Origin: Malacoraja senta
Taxonomy: Eukaryota
Direction: 5' to 3'
DNA: 64,000 bases
NCBI GenBank assembly: GCA_038087875.1
Contig: CM075990.1
Location: 4,590,001 to 4,654,000 of the forward strand
Below the pieces are notes generated by a model. It saw nothing but the letters and a program-made list of their open reading frames with translations. It searched no databases and was not told where the DNA came from. The translations under genes and the position numbers were made by a program. Below, piece by piece: positions 38,578-50,298 of this stretch. Within the stretch, counting starts at the first letter, position 1. Every line of letters begins with the position of its first letter.

Positions 38578-39318
38578 CACACAGACACGCACACAGAGGG
38601 AGACACACACACAGGGAGACACACACACAAGGAGACACACACAGTGAGGCACACATACACACGCAGGGAGACAGACACACAAGCACACACACACCTTTTC
38701 TTCCCCCTCCCTCCATCCACCCCTTCCTTCCTCCCATCCTTCCCTCTTTCCTCCCCCACCCTCTTTCTCCACTTTCTCCTTTCCTTCCTTCATCCCCTTT
38801 CTACATTCCCTCCCCTTGTTTCGCTTTGCCTCCATCCCTCCCTTTTTTTCTTTCCCTCTCTCTCTCTCTCTCTCTCTTCCCCCCTCCCTCTCTCTCCCCG
38901 GCCACCCAATGGGGAGTCTGGCGGGCACGGTGTAGCGTGGATTGGCGGCGCTGGCGCTGCCGTGTGAGTTGGAGGGCAGGAGGGAGGGAGGGAGCGAGGC
39001 TGCAGCGGCGGCCGGCAGCGCAGCGCTCACAGCCGGCACATAGAGCTGCTGACACCCGGCGGCTGCACATCCAACCAAGAGAGAAGAGACGCGACGTCAC
39101 ACAGCCGGCAACCGACGCACTTCCTCAGACCGTGCAGATCCCTGGCACGCGGCGCAAAGGGACAAACCAAAGATACTATAGCGGAGCTCCTCTAGTATCT
39201 TTGGGACAAACTGTGCAGGGACTGAACTCAGCGTGAGAACTCGGTCATGAGCGTGAGGGCGTGAGAATTTGCTCCAAGGCGTGATTCTCACGCTGGAAGC
39301 GTGAGAGTTGGCAGCCCT
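38578..39318. mobile_element. hAT-like element fragment (one terminus)
   Basis: Ends in GTTGGCAGCCCTG with repeated subterminal GCGTGA motifs; other end not found. Confidence 0.55.
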
Positions 39319-40014
39319 GCAAATAGCACGTGACCTCGATCAACCCAGCCTCGTCCCTGTTCAGGGAACACCTTCCTCTGAAGCAGTGGAGTGCCATGCT
39401 CCCACAATTGCACCAAAAGACAATGTTCATGGCTTGCCTCTAGGAGCTGAGCTGCCCCTGTTGGTGCAGGCTCCATTTAAATATTGGTCCTGGGTGCTGG
39501 TCCCAGTACTTGTTAAATGTACACTTCTGTATTTCCACCACCTGCATGTTTCTCTGTCTATTTGACTATTAAATTATTTCAGTGCTCCTAGATTTGGGGC
39601 TATTTAATAACTTCATGCCAACTGCATACATTGAAAAACGGATCACTGATCATTGCAAATACTTCTGCTAAACACTGCCAAGTATTATTACTTTGGCAGT
39701 CAATGCTGAGTAGACTAATGGATTTACTACCATTATTTTCCCCGTTGTAAAGATAAATATCTTTTAAACCAGTTCAACCTTTTCCTGTAAATACAATTAC
39801 AGGAGATTTTAATAGAAATGTGACTGCAGACATTTGCATGCCTGTTGCTAAATAGAATGTATGCCAGACTCCAATAGGAGAAGTTTCTAAAAAAAACTGT
39901 TGATAGTTTATTAAACTTGTATGTTTGTGATCACGTTGATGGGTTCATAACAAATTCGTTTCGCATTTTTCAGATTTAGTAGAGATTGTTGTAGAGAATT
40001 TTGGAGAATGTTAT

Positions 40015-40136
40015 CTTCTTCTTGCGTATGGCGTGCGCAGCCTAAACTTGTTCTATTTGATCTTGTTTGTGCACGTCGGGTTGATTGCATTTGTCGAAAC
40101 AGGGTGGACCACGTGGAGGTTGCAATCTCCCACCCC
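40015..40136 (-). mobile_element. 122-bp non-autonomous non-LTR element (Ingi/Vingi-like) with 12-bp TSD
   Basis: Direct repeat GGAGAATGTTAT at 40003-40014 and 40137-40148; 3' end CCATACGC(AAG)3. Confidence 0.85.
40083..40136 (-). ncRNA. Putative minimal HDV-like self-cleaving ribozyme
   Basis: GGGGUGG-GA-GAUUGCA-ACC-UCCACGU-GGU-CCACCCU-G-UUUCGA-CAAA-UGCAAUC: P1 7 bp with G1-U wobble, P2 7 bp, P3 3 bp, L3 UCCACGU, C in J4/2. Confidence 0.8.
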
Positions 40137-40149
40137 GGAGAATGTTATA

Positions 40150-40870
40150 GGGTGGAGGGATCAAGGAGTGCAGGTTCAGAGTTCCCAGAGAATGGCATCG
40201 CAGGTAGATAGGGTGGTCAGTAAAGCTTTTGATACATTGGCCTTCATCAGTCAGGGTATTAAGTATAGAAGTTGGGAGGTTATGTTTCAGTTGTACAAGA
40301 CATTGGAGAGGCCACACTTCCAATATTGTATTCAGCGTTTGTCAGCCTGCTGTAGGAAAAATGTTGTTAAGTTGGAAAGAGTGAAGAGAAGATTTATTAG
40401 GATGTTGCCAGGATTTTGAGGACCTGAGCTATTGATAAAGATTGGGGAGGCTAGAACTTTCCTCTAGTTCTGGAGTGCACGAGGCTGTGGGGTGATCTTA
40501 TGGAGGGGTATAAGATCATGAGGGTGAATGCACAGAGTCTTTTGCCCAGAGTAGGGCGATCAAGAACTAGTGGACATAGGTTTAAGGTGAGAGGGGATAA
40601 TTTAATAGGAACGTGAGGGGCAATTATTTCACACACAGGATGGTTGGTATATGGAACGAGCTTCCAGAGAAGGTAGTTGAGGCAGGGTCTATAACAATAT
40701 TTTAAAGACATTTTGACAGGTACATTGGGTAGGAAAGCTTTACAGGGATATGGGTCAAACGCAGGCAGGTACGACTCATGTAGATGGAGTACCTTGGTTG
40801 ACCTGGTTTGTCGGCATTGGCAAGTGCGGCTGAAGGGCCTGTTTCCGTGCTGTAGGACTCTATGACTATT
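40150..40870 (+). mobile_element. CR1-type LINE 3' fragment
   Basis: SQVDRVVSKAFDTLAFISQGIKYRSWEVMFQLYKTLERPHFQYC...KLERVKRRFIRMLPG. Confidence 0.85.
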
Positions 40871-41694
40871 CAGTTTTAGGCTGTTTTTGCGACTTTGATT
40901 GCATTAGGAAATACGGTACTGATTAAGTCCGTGCAACATGTGCCTTCAGTCCGTTTTCATGGTTTTGTGCATTCCTTGACTGTTTATTCATTGATTGAAA
41001 GCGCGTAACCAAGCTCAGGTTGACAAAATTAAAGGCCAACTTGCTTTTTGGCTGCCGTCTAATAGTGAAGTACAAGACCAGAGGTGGTGCACATCAAAGG
41101 GGCAAAGAGTTAACCCCGCGATAAGACGTGTGAGCATTGGATTGGCAGAAAATGGGGCTGATCCATGTCCAGCTTCTCCACTGGCCTTCTAACTTAATGC
41201 CAGCACACATCACTGAACAACATCTTTCAATCTTAGTTTGAGAAACCATCTGCCCAAAAGTCCCAGTGTGGAAATGACACGTTTAATTTTCACTAATATG
41301 ACTGATGAGATTGCATGAGAAATGTATTGTTGTAAATACGTCAATAAATAATGTATTAAAATATTGAATATATAGCATTAATTCTTTCCTTACACTGGTC
41401 TGAGCATCTGATTATTTCCATTTTACCTGATTTTATTATTGTTCAATAGGTGTACTTGCTCAGCAGAGAGTCTATGTGAATGTGTCATCATTATTCCATG
41501 GTGGACAGAAAAGAATAGAAAGATGTGCACTTTTTCAACTGTTTCCACTTTGCCTCCTCACGTTTCTGTCCGAGATCCTCTGTACTTTATAACTTTGAGA
41601 ATACTGTGCTGTCTGGAGTTTGCACGTTCTCCCTGTGACCATGTGGGTTTTTTCCGGGTGCTCTGGTTTTCTCCACACTCCAAAGACGTCTCCA

Positions 41695-42292
41695 TTTCCT
41701 TAGGCTTCGGAAGTTTGGCATGTTCCCAACAACTCTCACCAACTTCTACAGATGCGCCGTGGAAAGCATTTTATCGGGATGCATCACAGCTTGGTTTGAG
41801 AACAGCTCCATCCATGACCGCAAGAAATTGCAACGAATCGTGGATGCAGCCTAGACCATCACACAAACCAACCTCCCTTCCATTGACTCCATTTATACCT
41901 CATGCTGCCTCGGCAAGCCCAGCAGCATAATCAAGGTTGGGTCGCACCCTGGCCACTCCCTCTTATCCACTCGCCCATTGGGCAAAAGGTATAGGTGTGA
42001 AAACATACACCTCCAGATTCGGGGACAGTTTCTTCCAGCTGTTATCGGGCAACTGAACCATCTCACCATAACTAGAGAGCTGTCCTGAACTACTACGTAC
42101 CTCATTGGAGACTTGGGCTATCTTTGATCGGACTTTACTGGCTTTATCTTGCACTAAACGTTATTCCCTTATCATGTATCTGTACACTATGAATGGCTTG
42201 ATTGTTTTATCATGTATTGTATTTCCGCTGGTGGTTAGCACGCAACAAAAGCTAATCACTGTACATTGGTATACGTGACAATAAATTAAACT
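41695..42292 (+). mobile_element. Rex1/Babar-type LINE 3' fragment; a related 3' end lies at ~3830-4075
   Basis: Degenerate LTNFYRCAVESILSGCITAWF...KLQRIV...SHPGHSL...RFGDSFFPAVI; 3' UTR ends gtgacaataaa. Confidence 0.75.
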
Positions 42293-44059
42293 GAAACATG
42301 CAGCTTTGTAGGTTAATTGGCTTCTGTAAATTAACTCTAGTGTGTTGGATAGAACTAATGTATGGGTGTACGCTGGTCGGCACCCATTCCACGCTGTATA
42401 ACCATATAACAATTACAGCATGGAAACAGGCCATCTCGGCCCTTCAAGTCCATGCCAAACACTTTTTCTCCCCTAGTCCCATCTACCTGCACCCAGACCA
42501 TAACCCTCCATTCCTTTCTCGTCCATATACCCATCCAATCTATTTTTAAATGATAAAATCTAACCTGCCTCCACCACTTCCACTGGAAGCTCATTCCACA
42601 CAGCTGCCACTCTCTGAGTAAAGAAGTTCCCCCTAATGTTACCCCTAAACTTCTGTCCCTTAATTCTCAAGTCATGTCCTCTTGTTTGAATCTTCCCTAC
42701 TCTCTAAACAAAAATTAAATACGCCTCCTCCATTTGAGTTGGGATTAGGCTAAGGGTTCCCTTGGGTCTACCTTTCCTCAGAAGACTTTGAGCATGGCTT
42801 TCAGTCCTCCAGCAGGTTGTGGTTTACCTAAGATTCCAGCATCTGCAGTCTCCTGTGGCTCCCAGTTTTTTGTTCAGTGCAGCATCAGAGTGGCCATACA
42901 GGCTCTCTAATCCTGAAGAGATGACTTCATTTTTTTTATTACAGTAAGGAACAGGTGAAATCTTGGCAATGGGATTTTTCCTAATGCTGACGACAATGCA
43001 TGCATGCAGCTATTGACTACACTCCAATCCATAAACACTTCCATTAACAAACTTGGCTTTCATCAATTTAAATCATTTCTAGCCCATCAATGCACAGTGG
43101 CTGGCATTCATGAACATTCTTTTATTGACGATCAATGCCATATTTCCCAGTAGCATTGATGACTCCTGTGTTCTGAGGGAGTACACACAGCTGGACATTT
43201 ACATCAGGCAGCCCTGCCAGATAGAGATAGGTCCCGAGGCTAGAAGATACTTCACATAGGAAAAAAAGACACAAAGTACTGGAGTAACTCAGCGGATTAG
43301 GCAGCATCTCTGGAGAACATGGAAAGATGACGTTTCGGGTCGGGACCCTTCTTCAGATAAATTATATTAGATAGTGAGAGGTGGATACAGGTGGAGGGCT
43401 GAGCAAAGGCTAGGGACAGATGTAAGATAAAGATGTTCTTGCAAAAGAAGTGCACATGGCCTCCAGAGTGGTGAGCATGGTTTTAAGCAAGAGTACAGTG
43501 GTGGGCTCTACAGTGTTCCTTAGCATCACATCACTGGTCTGGCTAAGTCCATATCACCCTTATCAGGAATGCATCTTGATTGTGGCCCTCATCTGAACTT
43601 TCTGGAATGCATAGACCTTCCCCTCAGCGGGCCTCCATGCCTGGAACGATACTGCAGCCATGTTACATCCCATGTAATGTTTATCTTTCCGATGTAATCA
43701 GCTCTTCCCTCGTGGTGCGCATGTCTGATGTGGTGTTGTACGAAACCCTCTTCATCACAATGATCATTCTCCTCCTCACCCTGTCCTGCATCTTCTCCAT
43801 CAAATACAAGATGAGCCGCTCCATGTGTCTGAGGTACTGAGTCTGTGAAGGCCCCTGTCCCAAGTATCTCCAAGTCAGTGTAGACCGAGTGAAACGGTAA
43901 CGAGATTAACAATACCAGGACTGACAAGGCAACCTAAGCGGGGAATTCAAATCAAAAGAGAAATGGTGAGGGAGAAGATAACACTAAATTGCAAGAGACA
44001 AGTACAAAGAGAAAGGAAAAAGAAAACATTTAAATTAAACATTATGCATTGTTAAAAAT

Positions 44060-44397
44060 CTTGGTGTTGGTTAATTTATCAGAATATCTGGAAACTTGAT
44101 GGGAACTACCCAACATGGCAGCTGTGGAATAAAAATGTAGTTAATAATCTGTAATTTGAGAAAATGCTGGTCTTGGCAATAATGATCTCCAATTGTGGTA
44201 ACAACCCATCTGGTTCACTAAAATCCTTAACGGTACAAATCTGTCATCATTCCCAGTCTGCCCTCTGCACAATTCCAGATTTAACACCATTGTCGCTGTC
44301 TCATGATTGTCCTGTCCAGCAGCCTAGCAAAACTTGCTTTTATGGGCCGGCAATAAATGCAGGCTTTCGCAGCAATCCCACATCCTGAAAAATTAAA
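44060..44397 (+). mobile_element. Old SINE of a second family (resembles chondrichthyan SacSINE1/DeuSINE); related copies at ~61490-61820(+) and ~60425-60640(-)
   Basis: Motif order ccaacatggcagctg...cccatctggttcacta...gcaataaatgc...cccacatcc, partly shared with the other copies; family name recalled from memory. Confidence 0.5.
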
Positions 44398-44440
44398 ACA
44401 TATATTTTTAAATTTAAATATTATATAGTATATAAATTAG

Positions 44441-44750
44441 AGCGGCACGGTGGCACAGCGTAAAATTGCTGTCTTACAGCACATGCAACACCGGAGGCCC
44501 GGGTTCGGACTCAACTACGGGTGCTGTCTGTACGGAGTTTGTATGTTTTCCCTGTGATCGCTGGATCTTCACCAAAATCTTTTGTTTCCTCCCACACTCC
44601 AAAGATGTACTGGTTTGTAGGTTAATTGGCTTGGTAAATATAAAAATTGTCCCTAATGGGTGTAGGATAGTGTTAATGTGCGGGGATCGCTGGTCAGCGC
44701 GGACCCGGTGGGCTGAAGGACCTGTTTCCGCGCTGTATCTCTAAACTAAA
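44441..44750 (+). mobile_element. Full-length tRNA-derived V-SINE (shark HE1-like); further copies at ~11988-12760(-), 27120-27390(-), 32170-32432(+), 51331-51630(+), 51680-51925(-), 52340-52620(+), 53840-54115(-), 54950-55212(+), 62596-62850(+)
   Basis: tRNA-like head (GGCACGGTGG..CAGCG / CCCGGGTTCG A/B boxes), conserved core (gagtttgtacgttctccctgtgac...ttcctcccacactccaaagac), CR1-like tail and (CTAAA)n. Confidence 0.8.
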
Positions 44751-45454
44751 ATATAGAATTAAGACCTGTGGAATTGAGACTACTAACTTGAAGTTTTTGA
44801 ATGGTTTTTGTTATTGATTTTCCAGCTCCCAGTATCACTGCAAGACCAACATCTATTCCCCGTACATAATTGCCCTTGGACTGTTGCTGTCCGTCTGGTG
44901 AAGAAGCTTCCAGGAGGGAATTCCTGGAATTAGACCAAGCGATAATGAAGGAATGGCGATATATCTCCAAGTCAGTATGGTGAGTGAGTTGGAGGAAACT
45001 GAGCAGTTATCTTTCCTGGTATCTTACTGATATCTTTGTCTTTTCTGCCAGTAGCTCTCATGGCATTTAAGAGGTGCCGGCAGGGTCGCCTGACAGTGAA
45101 ACTGCAATGCATTTTGTAGATGGTACACTGTGCATTGGAGCTAGAAGGAATGACTTTAGGGTCATTAGGTGATGTCAAGATTCTTGAGAGTTGTAGCTTC
45201 ACTCGTCCAAGCAAGTGGAAAGTGTTCTATCTCACAAGACAACAAGGGTCGTAGATTTGTGCCTTGTAGATGTGGAAAGGCCTTGAGGTGTCATGAGGTG
45301 AGTCACTCGCTTCTTGATATTTGACACCTGACCTCTTCTCGGCATGACATGTATAGAGTTACACGGCATGGAAACAGGCCCTTCAGCCTGTTGAATCCAT
45401 ACTGACAATCAACAAACCAGTCACACTAGTCCCACAAGTTATTTCACTTTATTT

Positions 45455-46440
45455 TCCACACCAGGGCATCGGAGATGTCCTCATTCTTCAGGGAACGGGG
45501 ATTTCCCTCTTCTACTATAGATGAGGCTCTCACCAGGGTCTCTTCTATACCCCATAACTCTGCTCTCACTCCCAATCCCCCCACTCGTAACAAGGGCAGA
45601 GTCCCCCTTGTCCTCACCTTCCACACTACCAGCTGTCACATAAAAAAAATAATCCTCCGACATTTTCGCCACCTCCAACGGGATCCCACCACTGGCCACA
45701 TCTACCCATCTCCTCCCCTGCCTGCTTTCTGAAGAGACTGCTCCCTCCATAACTCCCTGGTCAATTCGTCCCTTCCCACCCAAACCACCCTCTCCCCTGG
45801 CACTTTCCCTTGCAACCGCAGGAAATGCTACACTTGTCGCTTTACCTCCCCCCTTGACTCCATTCAAGGACGCAAGCAGTCTTTCCAGGTGCGGCAGAGG
45901 TTCACCTGCACCTCCCCCAACCTCATCCATTGCATCCGCTGCTCTAGGTGTCAGCTGCTCTACATCAGTGAGACCAAGAGTAGGCTTGGCGATCGCTTCG
46001 CCCAACACCTCCGCTCGGTTCGCAATAAGCAACCTGATCTCCCGGTGGCTCAGCACTTCAACTTCCCCTCCCATTCCGAATCCGACCTTTCTGTCCTGGG
46101 CCTCCTCCATGGCCAGAGTGAGGCCCACCGTAAATTGGAGGAGCAGCACCTCATATTTTGCTTGGGCAGTATACACCCCAGCGGTATGAACATTGACTTC
46201 TCCAATTTCAGGTAGTCCCTGCTTTCTCCTCCCCTTCCCAGCTCTCCATCAGCCCACTGTGTCCGCCTCTTCCTTTCTTCTTCCCGCCGCCCCCCCCCCC
46301 ACCCTCACATCAGTCTGAAGAAGGGTCTCGACCTGAAACGTCGCCTATTTCCTTCGCTCCATAGATGCTGCCTCACCCGCTGAGTTTCTCCAGCATTTTT
46401 GTCTACCTTCGATTTTCCAGCATCTGCAGTTCCTTCTTAA
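45455..46440 (+). mobile_element. 5'-truncated Penelope-like retroelement (end of RT region, Cys/His linker, GIY-YIG endonuclease, 3' terminal repeat)
   Basis: One frame over 45475-46215 with a single internal stop at 45730-45732: ...CNRRKCYTC...FTCTSPNLIHCIRCSRCQLLYISETKSRLGDRFAQHL...VAQHFN...RKLEEQHLIFCLGSIHPSGMN. Hammerhead core at 46315-46342. Confidence 0.9.
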
Positions 46441-47310
46441 AAACTTCTTAATCATTTTATTCTCCGCACCATTCCACCAACTCCCCTAGAATCTACCACA
46501 AATACTATTCACCTACTATTCATGCACACTATTCACCCACATACCGGGGCAATTTACAGCGCCAATTATAGAAACAAGGAACTGCAAATGCCGGTTTACA
46601 TAAAAGGATGTAAAATGTCGGAATAACTCAGCAGGTCAAGCAGCATCTCTGGAGAACATAAATTGGTGACGTTTCAGTCTGCAGAAGGGACTCGACCCAA
46701 AACGGACCCTATTAATGTTCTCCAGTGATGCAGTCTGACCCGCTGATTACTCCAGCTTTGTGTCTAACCTAGTCTTAACATGTCTTTGGGATGTGGGATG
46801 AAACTAAAGCAGTAAGTGGTCAGAGAGGGAAAGGAACAAGTTTATAGTCAACAACAGGGAGGGCAACGGATTCTATGCCCTCCATTCCCACTGCTCTTGC
46901 CTGTAATCCTTCTTTAGCCACTTTACTACAGCTGCCTCCATCCTCCAATGCTGTCCTGCTGTCATTCAGCATGAGTTTCATATGGGAATAGTAACCTTTT
47001 AGCTTCATCCTTCATCTCTGTTTGACCTCCTACCCAAGCACGTTAATATCCACCCAGTCCCATCTCACACCATATCTATAATACCCCACCTGTCTATTTG
47101 CAGTCTCCCCTCACCACTCACACAAAGTCCCACCAGGTCAAACTCCACTCCTGTCGCACATCTTTTCCACATCCACTCCATCTAGGCCTTTGTCCAATAG
47201 GTTTCAATGAGATCACCCCTCATCCTTCTCAACCCCAGCCATCAAAAGCTCCTCATACGTTTACCCAATCATTCCAGATGACTGATCTGCTGAGTTTTCC
47301 ATTTTCTGTC

Positions 47311-48140
47311 TTCAAAGATGGCGGAGCCTCGCGGCAGCGGTCTCTGCAGTCCGTCTGTCTTTTAAAAAAAAAATTGTCCTGTTGAGTGTATAGTTTGGTT
47401 GTAGTTTATATATTGTTTTTAGCTGTGTATATGTGGGGGGCGGGGGGGGGGGGACTTTTAAATCTCTTCCCTGTACGGGGGACCTGACCTTTTCCCTGTC
47501 GGGTCTCTGTTGTCGTTGGGGCCTAGCACCGTGGAGCGGCCTCCAACCGGAACGACCAGGGGGCTCCAGTCCAGGAGCCTGCGGACTCACCATCGTGGAG
47601 CTGGCCGGCTTCGGAGCATGGAGAGCTGTGGTGGCGCGTGGCTGCGACCCGAGTTCGGAGCTTCGGAGGCTCCAGCCGCAGGCCCGGTGGACAGTGACAT
47701 TGGTTGCTCGCGGGTCCCTGGTGGGAGACCGCTTTTCGGAGCTCCCGCAACGGCAACTTCTCCCGCCCGAATTGCGGGGTTGAAAACGACCCGGAACGGG
47801 GCCTTACATCGCCCCGCGCGGCTTTGACGGCCGCGGGACTTGCCATCGCCCGCTGGGGGCTCCAACATCAAGACCCGGAGCAAGGCCTTGCATCGCCCGG
47901 CGCGGCCTTAACGGCCGCGGGACTTGCCATCGCCCGCCGGGGGCTTTAACATCGTGAAAAAATGGAAAACAGGGGAGAGACAATGACTTTGCCTTCCATC
48001 ACAGTGAGGAGGAGATTCACTGTGATGGATGTTTGTGTAATTGTGTTAATTGTGTGTCTTGGTTGTTTTTTCTTGTTGTATGACTGCAGAAACCAAATTT
48101 CGTTTTGAACTTTAATTGAGGTTCAAATCACAATAAACGG
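47311..48140 (+). mobile_element. Non-autonomous retroelement with AAGATGGCG 5' motif, GC-rich ~84-bp internal duplication and LINE-like tail; related 3' fragments at ~3490-3645(-), 7080-7350(-), 52015-52220(-)
   Basis: Shared 3' region ccatcacagtgagga...tcactgtg(a/g)tggatg...tgtatgactgca...acaataaa in four copies. Confidence 0.65.
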
Positions 48141-48687
48141 TTTATATTGTATATCATATATACTTAGTTCTTGCCTTACTTGTATCATTCTTGTCTACTG
48201 GCTGGTCATAACCTTGCCATTAATAACACATTACATCCACAAGAAGCCCAATGTGCTAGAAGCTCCCACATTAGTCAAGAGTGTTTTATTGTCACATGTA
48301 CCAAAATGGAACAACAACATTCTTACTTGCAGCAGCACATCAGATAACCTCCAGGATTCCTTTCAGGATTCTTGGAGTTCTTCCAGGATTTGTTACTGTT
48401 AGTCCCATTCTCCACTCTACCCTGAACTTAGTTTTCCACACAGTAAAATTCCCTTGTAACCAACTCTGAACTCTTAACATTGTAGGAATGAGCCATCAAA
48501 TCCCTGGGATTTGTACGTTTTTAGTTTCTTTACTAAATGTGTGTTTCCATAACACAAATTTGATATAACGAGGGTGATGAATTAGGGAACACTGTTTGCA
48601 TGACATGGGCCAAATTGGCTATAATGTGATTTCAATCAGAAAATGGAGAACCACTTGCAAGTTATATTGGAAATTGTCAAACAGATA

Positions 48688-50298
48688 CAGTGGCTTGCAA
48701 AACTTACCCCTTGAACTTTTCCACATTTTGTCATGTTACAACCACAAACGTAAATGTATTTTATTGGGATTTTATGTGATAGACCAACACAAAGTGGCGC
48801 ATAATTGTGAAGTGGAAGGAAAATGACACATGGTTTTCAAATTTTTTTACAAATATAAAACTGAAAAGTGTCGCGTGCAAAAGTATTCAGCCCCTTTACT
48901 CTGATACCCCTAAATAAAATCCAGTGCAACCAATTGCCTTCAGAAGTCACCTAATTAGTAAATAGAGTCCACTTGTGTGTAATCTAATCTCAGTATAAAT
49001 ACAGCTGTTCTGTGAAGGCCTCAGAGGTTTGTTAGAGAACATTAGTGAACAAACAGCATCATGAAGCCCAAGGAACACACCAGACAGGTCAGGGATAAAG
49101 TTGTGGAGAAGTTTAAAGCAGGGTTAGGTTATAAACAAATATCTCAAGCATTGAACATCTCACGGAGCACTGTTCAATCCATCATCAGAAAATGGAAAGA
49201 GTATGGCACAACTGCAAACCTACCAAGACATGGCCGTCCACCTAAACTGACAGGCCAGGCAAGGAGAGCATTGATCAGAGAAGCAGCCAAGAGGCCCATG
49301 GTAACTCTGGAGGAGCTGCAGAGATCCACAGCTCAGGTGGGAGAATCTGTCCACAGACAACTATTAGTCGTGCACTCCACAAATCGGGCCTTTATGGAAG
49401 AGTGGCAAGAAGAAAGCCATTGTTGAAAAAAAGCCATAAGAAGTCCCGTTTGCAGTTTGCCACAAGCCATGTGGGGGACACAGCAAACATGTGGAGGAAG
49501 CTGCTCTGGTCAGATGAGACCAAAATTGAAGTTTTTGGCCTAAATGCAAAACGCTATGTGTGGCGGAAACCTAACACTGCACATCACCCTGAACACACCA
49601 TCCCCACTGTGAAACATGGTGGTGGCAGCATCATGCTGTGGGGATGCTTTTCTTCAGCAGGGACAGGGAAGCTGGTCAGAGTTGATGGGAAGATGGATGG
49701 AGCCAAATACTGGGCAATCTTGGAAGAAAACCTGTTAGAGTCTGCAAAAGACTTGAGACTGGGGCGGAGGTTCACCTTCCAGCAGGACAACGACCCTAAA
49801 CATACAGCCAGAGCTACAATGGAATGGTTTAGATCAAAGCATATTCATGTGTTAGAATGGCCCAGTCAAAGTCCAGACCTAAATCCAATTGAGAATCTCT
49901 GGCAAGACTTGAAAATTGCTGTTCACAGACGCTCTCCATCCAATCTGACTGAGCTTGAGCTATTTTGCAAAGAAGAATGGGCAAAAAATCCAGTCTCTAG
50001 ATGTGCAAAGCTGGTAGAGACATACCCTAAAAGACTTGCAGCTGTAATTGCAGCGAAAGGTGGTTCTACAAAGTATTGACTCAGGGGGGCTGAATACTTT
50101 TGCACGTGACACTTTTCAGTTTTTTATTTGTAAAAAAATTTGAAAACCAAGTATCATTTTCCTTCCACTTCACAATTATGCGCCACTTTGTGATGGTCTA
50201 TCACATAAAATCCGAATAAAAATACATTTACGTTTGTGGTTGTAACGTAACAAAATGTGGAAAGGTTCAAGGGGTATGAAAACTTTTGCAAGCCACTG
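48688..50298 (+). mobile_element. Full-length Tc1/mariner transposon (DD34E, Passport-like); transposase 49061-50079 with one frameshift
   Basis: TA on both sides; ~210-bp TIRs CAGTGGCTTGCAAAA.../...TTTTGCAAGCCACTG with an inner direct repeat; GRPPK linker; WSDETK, QQDNDPKH and SPDLNPIE motifs with 34 residues between D2 and E; 1-nt deletion at ~49356. Confidence 0.96.

Noticed and set aside
43589..43927. Acidic minus-strand ORF, possibly a Harbinger transposase C-terminal relic
   Set aside because: No catalytic motif or termini visible; too weak without a search
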